Notes: generated by a model from the letters alone, not told the origin. 63,904 nucleotides of DNA, filler included, from Reclinomonas americana ATCC 50394 (GCA_048213135.1; 14 parts of 14 records of this genome joined end to end with filler, not necessarily neighbours in it), one strand, 5' to 3'; counted from the first letter of the whole stretch, positions 44,650-55,574 are shown. Numbers and translations are program-made.

Positions 44650-46018
44650 TCACACCAAGCCGAGCGCATCCTCTCGCTGCTCCGCCAGGAGCTCCGCAAT
44701 CGGTCGAGCCAGCGCCTCCGGGACGAGTGCCCGCGCCAGGAAGGCCGGCAATGCCTCGCCATGCCGCTCGAACGGTTCCCTCGCGAACATCGCCGGGTCG
44801 GCCGACATCGCGAAGCTCAATCCGCTGCCATCGTCTTCGCCGCGGAAGGTGAGGTCGATGCCCTCGCCCTGGCCGCTGCCCATGATCTCCCGCGTCACCG
44901 TGCAGCCATGGAAGCTTGGCGCGCTGAACGGCAGCACATTGATCAATGGCGAGAAGAAGTAGCGGCTGCCCGCGGGCATGCCGTTGTCCATGGCGATCTG
45001 CTCGATCCGGTAGCGGCCATGGCGGCGCTGGCTCCTCAGCGTTGCGGCGTTCCCGCGCAGGACGTCTTCGAGGCTCTCCCTGCGGTCCCAAAGACAGATG
45101 GAAGGGCAGGATGTTGACGACCATGGCGGGCGTGTGGGCGGCGAGGCTGCCCCAGCGGCTCATGAACGGCAGCCAGAAGGCCAGGACCTCGCGCCCCTCG
45201 ATCCGTTGCCGCGGCAGGCGGCGCGAGAGATGGAGCCCGGAGAGCAGCACCAGCAAATCGGGCCAGCCGATATCCGTCTTCTGCGAAAGCCCGCGCAATC
45301 CGGCGCTCACATCAGCCGACAGCGTGCCATGGACCTCGTGCGGTGCTTCGCCGGCTTGCTTGTCGCCTCGATGCAGGATCGGCAGCGGCGCGTGCGCGGC
45401 GAACTCGCTTCGCCAATAGGCGCGGTCGCTCTCGTGGCGGCGGCTGGCCCGATAGGCCTTCTCTTCCGCGATGAAGCTGGCGAAGGGGTGGAAGGCTGGA
45501 CCGGCGTCGCTCCCTACGAGGCGCTGCGAATAGAGCTGGCCGCAGCGCTGCTCGATCAGCGTGAAGCCATAGCCGTCGAGGACGATATGGTGGGCGCGGA
45601 TATACCAGAGATAGCGCCGCTCACCGACGCGCAGCAGCCAGGTTGCCGCAAGGCCGTCACCGCGCAGGTCGAGCGGCGCCGCGATATCCGCTTCCATCCG
45701 CTCTCTTGCTTCCTGCAGGGGATTCGTGACACCCCTCAGGTCGATCTGCTGAAGGACAGGCCGCAACTGTGGATCGCAGCTCTGAAGCGGCATCTCGCGG
45801 TCCGCTTCGACATGGAAGCGCACGCAGAGCGCGTCGGATTCGGTAATGGTCTGGATGATGGCCGCGACCAATATCGGCTCGTTGGTCACGCCGTCGATGT
45901 CGAGGCAATGCGCCACGGTCGCGATCGGCTCGTCGGGATGGAAGGTGAATTCCTCCCAGAAATCGAGCTGCGGCAAAGTGAGCGGCATCAAAGCGCGGCG
46001 CGAATCGGCCTGCGACAT
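44650..46018 (-). CDS. Stand-alone condensation (VibH-like amide synthase), frameshifted near 45079
   Basis: PLTLPQLDFW, RAHHIVLDGYG; C-terminal HGRYRIEQI..SPLINVLPF lies in another frame. Confidence 0.8.
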
Positions 46019-46060
46019 GGGAATCTCCAATTTGGATTATGCGGGCGGCGGCGAGCTGCC

Positions 46061-47100
46061 TCACCGCTCCTGGTCGCGGAGCAGCAGCGCGACTTGCCCG
46101 GCATTGCGGCAGCGCAGCAGTTGATGCGGCGTCAGATCAGTGCCGAGCTCGTCGCGGATTCGGCTCGCCACGGATTTGAGGTGGGAGGGCAGCAGGCCGA
46201 GGCGGACGAAATCGGTGGTATCGTCGATCTCCGGCGAGGCTGGCTGGCCGAGCACGGCGAGGTAAAGGTCGAGAATCCTGCTGTTGCGCGGATTGGCTGG
46301 CGGTGCAGCCCTTGCCGCCGGTTCGCGGCGCTCCGCGGCAGCGGCCAGCAATTCGCGAGCCTTGCGGCGATCGGGCTTGCCGTTCGCCGAAAGCGGCAAT
46401 GTCTCGACCTCGACGAAGCGGGTCGGGACATGCGACTCCGGCAGCACACGCCTTGCATGGGCGCGCAAGTCGAAGGCGCTCGGCTTGCCCGCCTGCGCCG
46501 GCACATAGATGACGCCGATCTCAGCCTCGCCGCGCTGCTCGACGCCGCAATCGACCACCAGCAATTGGCGGATATCGGGATGGGCGCCGAGCTCCGCCTC
46601 GATATCAGGCAAGGAGACGCGCACGCCGCGGACCTTGACATAGCCGTCGACCCGGCTGGCGAAGAGGATGGTGCCGTCATGGCGATAGCGGCCACGATCG
46701 CCGGTGCGGAAGGCGCGCACCGGCTCGCCGGCTTCATCGGCGACGGTGACGAAGTCGCTCTGGCCGAGCACGCCGTCCTGGAGATAGCCGAGCGCGACAT
46801 TGACGCCCGCGGTGTGGATGCGCCCGACGGCTCCGGACGGGCAATGCTCGCCGCGCTCGTTCAGGATGAAATAGCGGTTGCCCGGCAGCGGCCGGCCATA
46901 CGGGACCTGTCCGGTGTCCTCGGGGCCGATCTCGTGCCAGATGCTCCAGATCGTCGTCTCGGTCGGCCCGCCGAGCGAAACCAGCCGCAGCGCCGGATCG
47001 AGACGGCGCAGTTCGGCGATCACCGCCGGCTTGATGTAGTCGCCGCCCTGGGCGATCAGCCGGAGCGAGCGCAGTTCGTCGCCTTGCCGGCAGGACAGCA
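46061..47100 (-). CDS. NRPS adenylation domain (C-terminal half) plus carrier-like domain (5' truncated)
   Basis: [33 protein letters not shown]. Confidence 0.88.
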
Positions 47101-47200
47101 NNNNNNNNNNNNNNNNNNNNNNNNNNNNNNNNNNNNNNNNNNNNTTAATTAATTAANNNNNNNNNNNNNNNNNNNNNNNNNNNNNNNNNNNNNNNNNNNN

Positions 47201-48558
47201 CGGCTGCAGGCGAACTCATCCTCGGAGCCGTTGAGCCGATAGTGGCCGAGGTCGAGCATCTCGCCCCGCACGATCTCGAAGGCGCCGCGCTCGCAGATCG
47301 TGGCGACTTGCCGGTCGAGCGCGGCGAGGATGTCGCTGATGATTCCGCGGTCGATCGCCTCGCGGGCGTAGTCGATGTCGACGACGAGATTGCCCTCGTC
47401 ATCGTCGCGGAAGCGGATATCGACGGCGACCTGCGGCGTCTGGGTCAGGCCGGCATGGTGCCGGATCCCGGCATCCTTCGCCAGCTTCGGCCAGCCGAGG
47501 CCGTTGGTCACGACGACGGGCAGGGCCGGCCCGCCCGGTTGGGCGTTCATCAGGAGCCGGCTGATCTGCACGCCGGCTTGCGAAAGATGCTCCAGCCCTT
47601 CCAGCACATCGCCCTGCAAGGATTGCGCGCGCTCGCGGAAGTCGCCTTGCCGGGCATCCCAGTTGACGGCGATGAAGCTCGACCGGTTTGCAAGTTCGGA
47701 CGAGGCGGCGGGCGCGACGGGGATACCGACGCAGAGTGCGCCTTCGTTCAGCCAATGTGACAAGGTTTCGAGGACGACGGCCGTCACTGCCGTGTTCTTG
47801 AACAGGCGCTCCCTGGCGGCGAGGCGACAGAGCGCTGAGAAACGTTCGCGCGAGATAGTCAGGCTCTCGCGCTCGTAGCGCGAGGCGGGAATCGCCTCCA
47901 GCGGCTTGGTCCAAGGCAGTTGCGGCGGGCCTTCGACCGGCTGGAGCTTGTGAGCCCAATAGGCGGCGTCCTTACGCCGCTTCGCCTCGTCGGTCGGCGG
48001 TGGCAGGGCCGCAGCCTCCAGGCGTGGTGTTTCACCGCCCAGCAGCTCGACGAGCAGCGAAGCGATGGCGCGGCCATCGAGGATCATGGCATCGAAGCGG
48101 GCGAACAGCACGCAGGTCGCCCGGTCGGGATCATCCGCTTCCGGGTCCGGCAGGCGGAACGCCGTCACGTTCCAGGGCGAGCGTGTGAGGTCGAATAGGC
48201 GATGGGCGTAGTCCTCGCGCTGCCCGTCGATCCAGGCCAACGCTTCTGCCTGCCGCAGGCCGCGCAGGTCGATCTCGTCATAGTTGACGGCCGGCTCGGA
48301 TGAGACCCACGAAACCCGGCGCTGTGCGTCGATATGCGTGCGCAAGGCCGGATGCCGCGCGACCATCGCAAGGAGGCGCGGCGGCAGCGCCGCGACATCG
48401 ATCGCACCGCGATATTCGCGGAATTCCTGCATGGCGACGCCGCCCAGCGGCAGATGCCGCTCGCGCCCGAGCAGATAGGCCTGCTGCAGGTCGGTCAGCG
48501 GTACTTCGTCCCGCCCGACGGCTCCGCCCGGCGCGGCATCGGAAAAATCATCCCGCAT
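47201..48558 (-). CDS. NRPS heterocyclization (Cy) domain protein, N-terminal part
   Basis: PLTDLQQAYLLGR, RHPALR, DAMILD (DxxxxD), QTPQV. Confidence 0.88.
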
Positions 48559-48745
48559 CGATCGTCTCCAGGAAGATGCGCGCGATCTCGTCGGAGGCGC
48601 CGCCCGAGCGGGCGCGGACGAGATCGGCGAGGCTGCGAGGCGTCGTCGCCTCGTCGAAATCCGAACGCGATGGCGCGCCAATGGGGCAGTAGCGGTCGAG
48701 GAAGCGGGTGATTTCGGCCTTGGCGGCCGCGGTTATCGCGCTACA
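48548..48745 (-). CDS. C-terminal fragment of the upstream NRPS gene (probably the Cy gene starting at 49295)
   Basis: Frame ends EIARIFLETIDAG*, overlapping the next start. Confidence 0.5.
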   Translation of the reverse strand, partial: CSAITAAAKAEITRFLDRYCPIGAPSRSDFDEATTPRSLADLVRARSGGASDEIARIFLETIDAG

Positions 48746-48845
48746 NNNNNNNNNNNNNNNNNNNNNNNNNNNNNNNNNNNNNNNNNNNNTTAATTAATTA
48801 ANNNNNNNNNNNNNNNNNNNNNNNNNNNNNNNNNNNNNNNNNNNN

Positions 48846-49295
48846 ATCCTCGATCACGAGCCGGAAGCTGTTCGGGTCGACCGCGATCATGTCGGTGTCG
48901 ACATGCAGCCGGCAGGCGCTGTCGGGCAGCAGGCTGAGGCCGAACGCCGCCGCCTCGCCGCGGCCTAGATCGAGCCGGCGATGGCTCCAGCTCCGGCGCT
49001 TGGCGAGGAGGCGTGCTTCCAGCGCGTCCGCCGGGAGCTCCCGCATGTCCTCGACCTCGACCGGCAATGGATCGGCTGCCGGATCGAGGTGCTGGCAGCC
49101 TTCGGCATCGATCCGCAGCCGCAGCATCGGATGCAGTCGGCAGAGCCTGCGAACGGCATCGCGCAGCCGCTCGGGCTCGAGGTCGCGTCCGTCGAACTCG
49201 CCATAAAGATGTGCCGTCACGCCTCCGAGGGAGGTATGTGATTGGCGGCCAAACCAATAAGCCGCCTGCATCGGCGTCAATTGTCGTATGTTCAT
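48846..49295 (-). CDS. NRPS Cy domain protein, N-terminal fragment
   Basis: LTPMQAAYWFGR, HPMLRL, LHVDTDMIAVD. Confidence 0.88.
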
Positions 49296-49432
49296 GGCAT
49301 TTGTTTTGAAGATTTATAATCGATTACTGCAAATCGATTTCGATTGACATTGCTTCTTACGAAAGCAAGAAGCTGTCAACATCTGCGATCAGCATCGCTG
49401 AATGAAGCCTCTTTAGAAGTAGAGTAACTTCA

Positions 49433-49960
49433 ATGCTGGAAAGTTTGGCCTTGAAACACAATATCAATTTCAAATTTGGTGCCTTGTTCGCATCAAATGG
49501 CAGAGAATTGTTGTCATCGGGAATCCATGAGTGGATCTCCGTGCCAGCCCGTGGTGGGCAGGATCGCGGACAGGGTCTGCACGCGGCGGTTGAGGCAGCC
49601 TTCGAGCGGGCCAGGCGGGCAGGGCAGGCCAATCCGATCCTGATCGGCGCCATTCCCTTCGATGTGCGCGAACCCTCCTGCCTCTATGTCCCGGCGGGCT
49701 ATGAGTGGCGCGAGCAGGCTCCGGCCGAGGCGGCAGGCGAGCCTCCGGGCGTTCCCGACCTGCTCGACCAGCGCAGCCTTCCCGACGAGGACGGCTTCAA
49801 GAAGGCGGTCGAGCACGCCATCGTCAATTTCCGCCATAGCGATGTCCGCAAGGCGGTGCTGTCAGTGGTGCGCGAGCTGCGCTTTGCCGGGAGCATGGAT
49901 GTCGGCCGGCTGCTGGCCAGCCTGCGCGCCCAGAACAGCCAGGGCTATCTGTTCAGAATT
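49433..49960 (+). CDS. dhbC: Isochorismate synthase, N-terminal part
   Basis: NPILIGAIPFD..PSCLYVP, RKAVLS; EntC/DhbC-like. Confidence 0.85.
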
Positions 49961-50060
49961 NNNNNNNNNNNNNNNNNNNNNNNNNNNNNNNNNNNNNNNN
50001 NNNNTTAATTAATTAANNNNNNNNNNNNNNNNNNNNNNNNNNNNNNNNNNNNNNNNNNNN

Positions 50061-50312
50061 CTCGGGAATGCCCCCTTCTCGGTGACGCTGGCCTTCTCGG
50101 CCAAGGAGAGCTTGTTCAAGGCGCTGCATCCGCTGCTGCGCCAGCCGATGTCCTTCCACGCTTCCGAGTTGATCGCCTGGGATGCGCAGGGCAGGGCGCG
50201 CCTGCGCCTCGTCGAGGAGCTGTCGCCGGAGTTCCCGGCCGGCAGCGAGATCGAAGCCCGCTTCGCGCGCCGCGGCGACCTGCTGCTGACGCGGGTGCTG
50301 ATCCTGGTTTGA
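50061..50312 (+). CDS. entD: 4'-phosphopantetheinyl transferase, C-terminal fragment
   Basis: TLAFSAKESLFKAL. Confidence 0.85.
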   Translation, partial: LGNAPFSVTLAFSAKESLFKALHPLLRQPMSFHASELIAWDAQGRARLRLVEELSPEFPAGSEIEARFARRGDLLLTRVLILV

Positions 50313-50334
50313 TCGAATCGACGCGCCACCCGCC

Positions 50335-51372
50335 TCAGCGTGGGTGGCGGAACTCGAGGATGTGGAAGGGCGACGCGGTCGGCGTGACCGAGGCGGTCTC
50401 GAAACCGTTGTCGATCAGCAGCTGCGAGAACTCGCCGGCGCTGCGCTCCCTTCCGCCCATCAGCACCATCATCAGCAGATCCTGCGAAGTCTCGTTCGGC
50501 CTGGCGCGAGCGGGATCGACCATGATGTCGACCACGACGAAACGCTCCGGTCCCTTGGTCGCGGCTTTCGCGTTGGCGAGGATGCGGCCGGCGGCCTCGT
50601 CGTCGAAGTCGTGCAGGATCCGGCTGAAGACATAGGCGTCGCCGCCGGACGGGATCTCGTCGAAGAACGAGCCGTGCTGCACCCGGGCGCGTCCGGCCTG
50701 CACCAGCTCGGCGAAGCGCGGATTGAGCGCTTCGGTCGCCCGCGGCAGCTCGTAGAGTACGCCGGTGGTGCCGGCATTGCGGCTCAGCAATTCCGCCAGC
50801 AGCGAACCGTCGCCGCCGCCGACATCGACGATCGTCTCGGCAGCAGCGAACTGGATGTGGCGCACCGCGACACCGATCAGGGCCGTCGCGATCGCGCGCA
50901 TCTGGATGTCGAAGCGCTCCTGCGCCGGTTCATCCTGGCCTAGCCAGCTGAAGAATGGGCTGCCATGGGCGAGCTCGAAGGCAGGCGTGCCGCCCCTGAT
51001 CTGCTCGCCGAGTCGCTCCCAGGCGCGCCCATGCAGCGGATCGAGCTCGAAACGGACCCAAGGCACCAGCGAATGGGGATGGCCGGGAACGAGAGCGCGC
51101 GTCGTCGGCAGGGCGACATAGCGGCCTGCATCATCGCGACCGATCACCTCTTCATTGACGAGGTGCCCAAGCAGCCGTGCCAGCAGCTCGGCCTTGCCGT
51201 CGATGCGTTCGGCGAGCTCGCCGGCGGTCTGTGGCCTTTCCTGCAGCAAGGCGGGGAGGCCGAGTTCGACCGCGGTGCGGATGCAATGGGAAGTGCGATA
51301 GGCGGCGATCTGCCGGAGCAGGCGCAAAGGCGGGCCGGGCGGTGGCGCGGCCGGGCGCGACAGGTCGTTCAT
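50335..51372 (-). CDS. SAM-dependent O-methyltransferase (dimerisation domain + Methyltransf_2)
   Basis: AVELGL, IVDVGGGDG, GSFFDEIP, SRILHDF, GGRERS. Confidence 0.9.
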   Translation of the reverse strand: MNDLSRPAAPPPGPPLRLLRQIAAYRTSHCIRTAVELGLPALLQERPQTAGELAERIDGKAELLARLLGHLVNEEVIGRDDAGRYVALPTTRALVPGHPHSLVPWVRFELDPLHGRAWERLGEQIRGGTPAFELAHGSPFFSWLGQDEPAQERFDIQMRAIATALIGVAVRHIQFAAAETIVDVGGGDGSLLAELLSRNAGTTGVLYELPRATEALNPRFAELVQAGRARVQHGSFFDEIPSGGDAYVFSRILHDFDDEAAGRILANAKAATKGPERFVVVDIMVDPARARPNETSQDLLMMVLMGGRERSAGEFSQLLIDNGFETASVTPTASPFHILEFRHPR

Positions 51373-51467
51373 ACGAACCTCCTTGCAGGACATTAGGAGT
51401 GACAGGGGCGCGGCGGGCGCAATCGCTCCGCCGGCCCATGACTGTCAGATGCGCCGAGTGCGCTCGT

Positions 51468-53549
51468 TCAGAACGTGCCCTTGATGCCGGCGCCGAACAT
51501 GCGCGGCTCGGTCATGCTCGCCTCGGTGCCGCCGATGCCGCGGTTCTGCTGCATATAAGTCGGCGCGCGTTCGTCGAAGATGTTCTTCACGTAGCCATAG
51601 ACCTGCAGATTGTCGGCGACCTGGTAGCTCGCGCGCATGTCGGCGATCGTATAGGGCTTGATCAGGTAAAGGCGCGTATTGGCGACGTCGGAATAGTAGC
51701 CGTCGGTGTGGCGCAGCTGGGCGGTTAGGTTGAGCTTGCTGGTGACGTCCCAGCTCACGCCGAAGCTCAGCATGTAGCCTGGCGACTTCGCGAACTCGTT
51801 GCCCTTGTAGCCGGTATTGGCGGAGATCTTGTCGATCTCGGTGCGCAGCAGGCCGGCGCCGGCCTTCAGGGTCAGATTGTCGAGCAGGCGATAGTCAGCG
51901 CTGACCTCGAGGCCATAGGCATGGGCCTTCTCGGCATTGATCGCATAGGACTGGACCACGCCCGTCGTGAGCACGACCGGGATGAAGTACTGGGCGTTCT
52001 GGAAGTCGGTGTAGAACAGGTTGCCGCTGACATTCAGCCGGTTGTTCAGCAGGCTGGCGCGGGTGAACAGCTCATAGTTCCACAGCGTCTCCTCCTTGAA
52101 CGGCTGCCAGCGGCCGGCGGTGAGGTTGAGCGAGACGCCGCCGGGATTGTAGCCGCGATTGACCATCGCGCCGACGGTCCAGTCGGGCGTCACCGCATAG
52201 GCGATCGAGGCCTTCGGCAGCACGGCCTGGAAGGTCTTGTCATAGTCGACGCCCTGCGCCGCGAAAACGGTGCGGCCGACGCGCTCGATCTGGTCCTGCT
52301 GGAAGCGCAGCGAGCCGGTGAAGGTCCAACGGTCGGTCAGGCGGTAGCTGAACTCGCCGAAGACGCCGAGATTGCGCTTGGTGTCGTCGAAGGTCGACTG
52401 ACCGGTGAGATAGAGGATCTCGTCCGTCTTGGTGTGGGCGTAGTAGATGCCGGCAACGCCGCTGAGCACGTCGCTCTGGTCGCCATAGGTTACCCTGAGC
52501 TCGTTCGAGATGTTGCGTTGGTCGATATAGGCGTCGCCATTGCCGAGCAGGCCGGTCTTCCGGCTCACCGACAGGTCGGTGTATTGGGTCTGGTTGAAGA
52601 CCTTGAAGCGGTTGCCGAAATCGTAGCTGAGGTCGAGGATGCCGGTATTGCTGTTCTGCCGGAAGCTCGGCATCGTCGTGGTGATGTGCTTCAGCCGGTC
52701 GAATGGCGCCGAGGCTGCCTCTTGGCTCGGCCGGTTGCTCTCGTTGCGCGAATAGGTGAGCTTCGCCCCGAACCCGGGCAGCTCGCTTGGGCGCCAGAGC
52801 AGCTTGGCCCGCAGGTTCAGATTGCGGAAATCCCGATCGGCATAGCGCGTCTGGAAGTTCGGGCTGATGTAGTCGATGAAAGTGTCGCGGCCGGAATAAT
52901 CGAGCGTGATGCGCCCGGCGAGCTGGTCCTTGATGATCGGCCCCGAAAGCATCAGCGCCGCGCGCCGCGTCGCATAGCTGCCGAATTCGGTCAGGAAGCC
53001 TGCTTCCGGGGTGAAGCTCGGATCCTTGGTGTTGACGATGATCGCGCCGGCGATGGCGTTGGCGCCCTGCGAGGTCGTCTGCGGCCCGCGGAACACCTCG
53101 ATGCTCTTGACGTCCCAGGGCGAGGTGGCGCCGAAATAGAACTCGTTGTAGCTGAGATAGTGGCCGTCGACATTGATCGTGGCGCGCGGCACCGTGCCAC
53201 CCCAGAACGAATTCTGGCCGGTGAGCGGCCCTTGCGTGTCCTGGCCGCGGATGATCGGGGCGCTGACCGTATCGGTGTAGGTCACGTTGGGCGTGCCGAC
53301 GAGGATCTCGGACACGGTGGCGTTTCCGGTGTTCGCCCGGGCAATGTCCTTGTCGGTGATGACCGAGACCGACGAGGCGGTGTTCCTGAGGTCGCGCTCG
53401 ACCTTCTCGCCGGTGACCGTGATCGCATCGAGCTCGATCGTCCCCGCCGTCGGTGCTGGATTGCTCTGCGCGAAGGCCGGCGTCGCAGCGGCGACGGCGA
53501 TGAGCGATGCGAAGCTCACGCTGCGCATCAGGACAAGCTTGGACGACAT
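51468..53549 (-). CDS. TonB-dependent receptor (siderophore/FyuA-like)
   Basis: LDAITVTGEK TonB box, IEVFRGPQ, KNIFD, terminal F. Confidence 0.93.
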   Translation of the reverse strand: MSSKLVLMRSVSFASLIAVAAATPAFAQSNPAPTAGTIELDAITVTGEKVERDLRNTASSVSVITDKDIARANTGNATVSEILVGTPNVTYTDTVSAPIIRGQDTQGPLTGQNSFWGGTVPRATINVDGHYLSYNEFYFGATSPWDVKSIEVFRGPQTTSQGANAIAGAIIVNTKDPSFTPEAGFLTEFGSYATRRAALMLSGPIIKDQLAGRITLDYSGRDTFIDYISPNFQTRYADRDFRNLNLRAKLLWRPSELPGFGAKLTYSRNESNRPSQEAASAPFDRLKHITTTMPSFRQNSNTGILDLSYDFGNRFKVFNQTQYTDLSVSRKTGLLGNGDAYIDQRNISNELRVTYGDQSDVLSGVAGIYYAHTKTDEILYLTGQSTFDDTKRNLGVFGEFSYRLTDRWTFTGSLRFQQDQIERVGRTVFAAQGVDYDKTFQAVLPKASIAYAVTPDWTVGAMVNRGYNPGGVSLNLTAGRWQPFKEETLWNYELFTRASLLNNRLNVSGNLFYTDFQNAQYFIPVVLTTGVVQSYAINAEKAHAYGLEVSADYRLLDNLTLKAGAGLLRTEIDKISANTGYKGNEFAKSPGYMLSFGVSWDVTSKLNLTAQLRHTDGYYSDVANTRLYLIKPYTIADMRASYQVADNLQVYGYVKNIFDERAPTYMQQNRGIGGTEASMTEPRMFGAGIKGTF

Positions 53550-53621
53550 GATGTTCCCCACCACCCGATCAAATCTCGCTGGCTGGGGACGAGGCCGTGG
53601 CTCGCGAGGTCACACTGAATG

Positions 53622-53654
53622 ATCCTACAGTGTGGGATGCATTCCGCATGTCAA
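53622..53654 (-). promoter_or_regulatory. Candidate IclR operator overlapping the receptor promoter
   Basis: Imperfect palindrome atcctaca-g-tgtgggat (53622-38) next to a minus-strand TTGACA (53654-49). Confidence 0.5.
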
Positions 53655-53834
53655 CATGAAGCGGGCACAGAACCGCCGTATTGCCTGCCCGTTGTGCTTT
53701 TCCGGTCGCAGTTTCGGGCCTGGGGCGCCGTGGTGTTTGGAAGCACTCGAATGAGGGCGGTGCTTGTCCCCAGCCGGCTCCCGGTGTCACAAAGCGCGGG
53801 CCGGCATATGCCGCGCTTTCCGGCCGCGATTCGC

Positions 53835-54587
53835 ATGACGACCAGCCTCAGCACCAAACGTTCGGCAACGATCCAGTCGGTCTCGATCGCCGCCCGCTTC
53901 CTCGACATCCTGGCCAAGGCCGACGGGCCTCTGGTGCTGGGCGAGGTCGCGCGGCGCGCGGGTACCGGCACGTCCACCGCCCATCGCTATATGCAGAGCC
54001 TGGTGCGGGAGGGGCTTGCGGCGCAGGACGAGGTCACCGGCCATTACGACCTCGGCCCCGTGGCGCTCAGCATCGGGGTCCGTGCGCTCAGGCGCATCGA
54101 CGCCGTCGAGGTCGCAGCGCGGGCGATGAAGACGCTGGCCTCCGATATCGCCGCCAGCTGCGGCGTCGCGATCTGGACCGAGCGCGGTCCGACGATCGTG
54201 CGCTGGTACCGCAACACCGATTTCGCGCTCAGCACGGTGACGCTGGGCGACGTCCTGCCGGTCGACAACACCGCCTGCGGCTTCGTCTTCCAGGCGCATC
54301 TGCCGAAAGAGGCGATCGCTGCGGCGCGCAAACTGCAGCCGGCCTCCTTCCGAGGCAGCCGCCCGCCGGCCGAGATGCTCGACGCCGTCAGGCGCGACGG
54401 CGGTGCGGAGCTGAACGAACACCTGTTCTCGCTGCTGACCGGCAAGGCTGCTCCGGTCTTTAATGCGCTCGGCGAGATCGCCTGCGTCGTCACCACCGTC
54501 TCTTTCGTCAAGACGGCCGAGGCCGAGGGGCATCGCGCCGCCCTGTTCGCCGCGGCGCAGGCGGCGACGCGGGATTCGGGTGGCTGA
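53835..54587 (+). CDS. IclR family transcriptional regulator
   Basis: IQSVSIAARFLDILA..LGEVARRAG..STAHRYMQSL..YDLGP. Confidence 0.9.
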   Translation: MTTSLSTKRSATIQSVSIAARFLDILAKADGPLVLGEVARRAGTGTSTAHRYMQSLVREGLAAQDEVTGHYDLGPVALSIGVRALRRIDAVEVAARAMKTLASDIAASCGVAIWTERGPTIVRWYRNTDFALSTVTLGDVLPVDNTACGFVFQAHLPKEAIAAARKLQPASFRGSRPPAEMLDAVRRDGGAELNEHLFSLLTGKAAPVFNALGEIACVVTTVSFVKTAEAEGHRAALFAAAQAATRDSGG

Positions 54588-54594
54588 AGCCGCT

Positions 54595-54917
54595 CTACGA
54601 TTCCGCATCGATCCGCAGATGCTGGCGCAGCGTCGTACCGTCATAGTCGCTGCGGAACAGGCCGCGCCGCGCCAGCGCCGGCACCAGCTCCTCCAGGAAC
54701 AGGCGCAGCGACTGCATGGAGCCGCCGGGGATCGCGATCACGCCGTCGATCGCTCCCGCCTCGAACCAGGCAGTGATCTCGGTGAGGACGTCGTCGACGG
54801 TGCCGACGCAGACCCAATGGGCCGAGCCGACCACTTCCGGCCGCGCCAGCACCTGCGCCACCGTCGGCTCGTTCGTCTCGATGAAGCGTCGCAGCAGCTC
54901 GGCATGGGTGCGGCTGC
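54595..54917 (-). CDS. NtaA/DmoA-type flavin monooxygenase (LLM), C-terminal fragment
   Basis: WFEAGAIDG, LVPALARRGLFRSDYDGTTLRQHL. Confidence 0.85.
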
Positions 54918-55017
54918 NNNNNNNNNNNNNNNNNNNNNNNNNNNNNNNNNNNNNNNNNNNNTTAATTAATTAANNNNNNNNNNNNNNNNNNNNNNNNNNN
55001 NNNNNNNNNNNNNNNNN

Positions 55018-55215
55018 CAGCTCGCCCGGCGCCTGTGCCGCTCGCCGGAGGTGCCTCTCCTGCCCGGCGCAGCGATGGGGGCAGTCCTGCTGCTGGCGGC
55101 GGACCTGGTCAGCCAGCGCGTTCCGACTGGCCTCAATCTGCCGATCGGCCTGACGACCGGGCTCCTGGGCGGGATCTATCTGCTCTGGCGACTGGCTCGC
55201 GACGAGAGGGTCTGA
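55018..55215 (+). CDS. FecCD iron-chelate ABC permease, C-terminal fragment (apparent frameshifts)
   Basis: AVLLLAADLVSQ..LPIGLTTGLLGGIYLLWRL. Confidence 0.8.
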   Translation, partial: QLARRLCRSPEVPLLPGAAMGAVLLLAADLVSQRVPTGLNLPIGLTTGLLGGIYLLWRLARDERV

Positions 55216-55574
55216 GCGGCTGAAGAGACCGCTGCATCTGCCAAGATCATAAAGTGAGGGCCGGGAGGGGCTGGTGCTGCTGGCAGTCCGTGGAGCACCC
55301 GTCTCTGCAGTGACTTTCCCTGCTAACACGGAAAGAACAGCGAAACCGCGGAAAATCGACGTTCTCAGCCGCGCGGCTTCGCAATTTCCTTCGACAGCTC
55401 AGTGGCATAGCCAGTGGCTTCCCTAGGCTGGGAGCAGGGAAGCTTCGACCACCGATCAGCGACGGCTACCTGGCCTTTGTCGCCCGGAGCAGGGCGCTGC
55501 GCCTCCCGAAAATAGAAGCCTAACTTGACACCGCAATTGCGGCGCCGCAGATTGAGGCATCGATTGGGGTTTCA

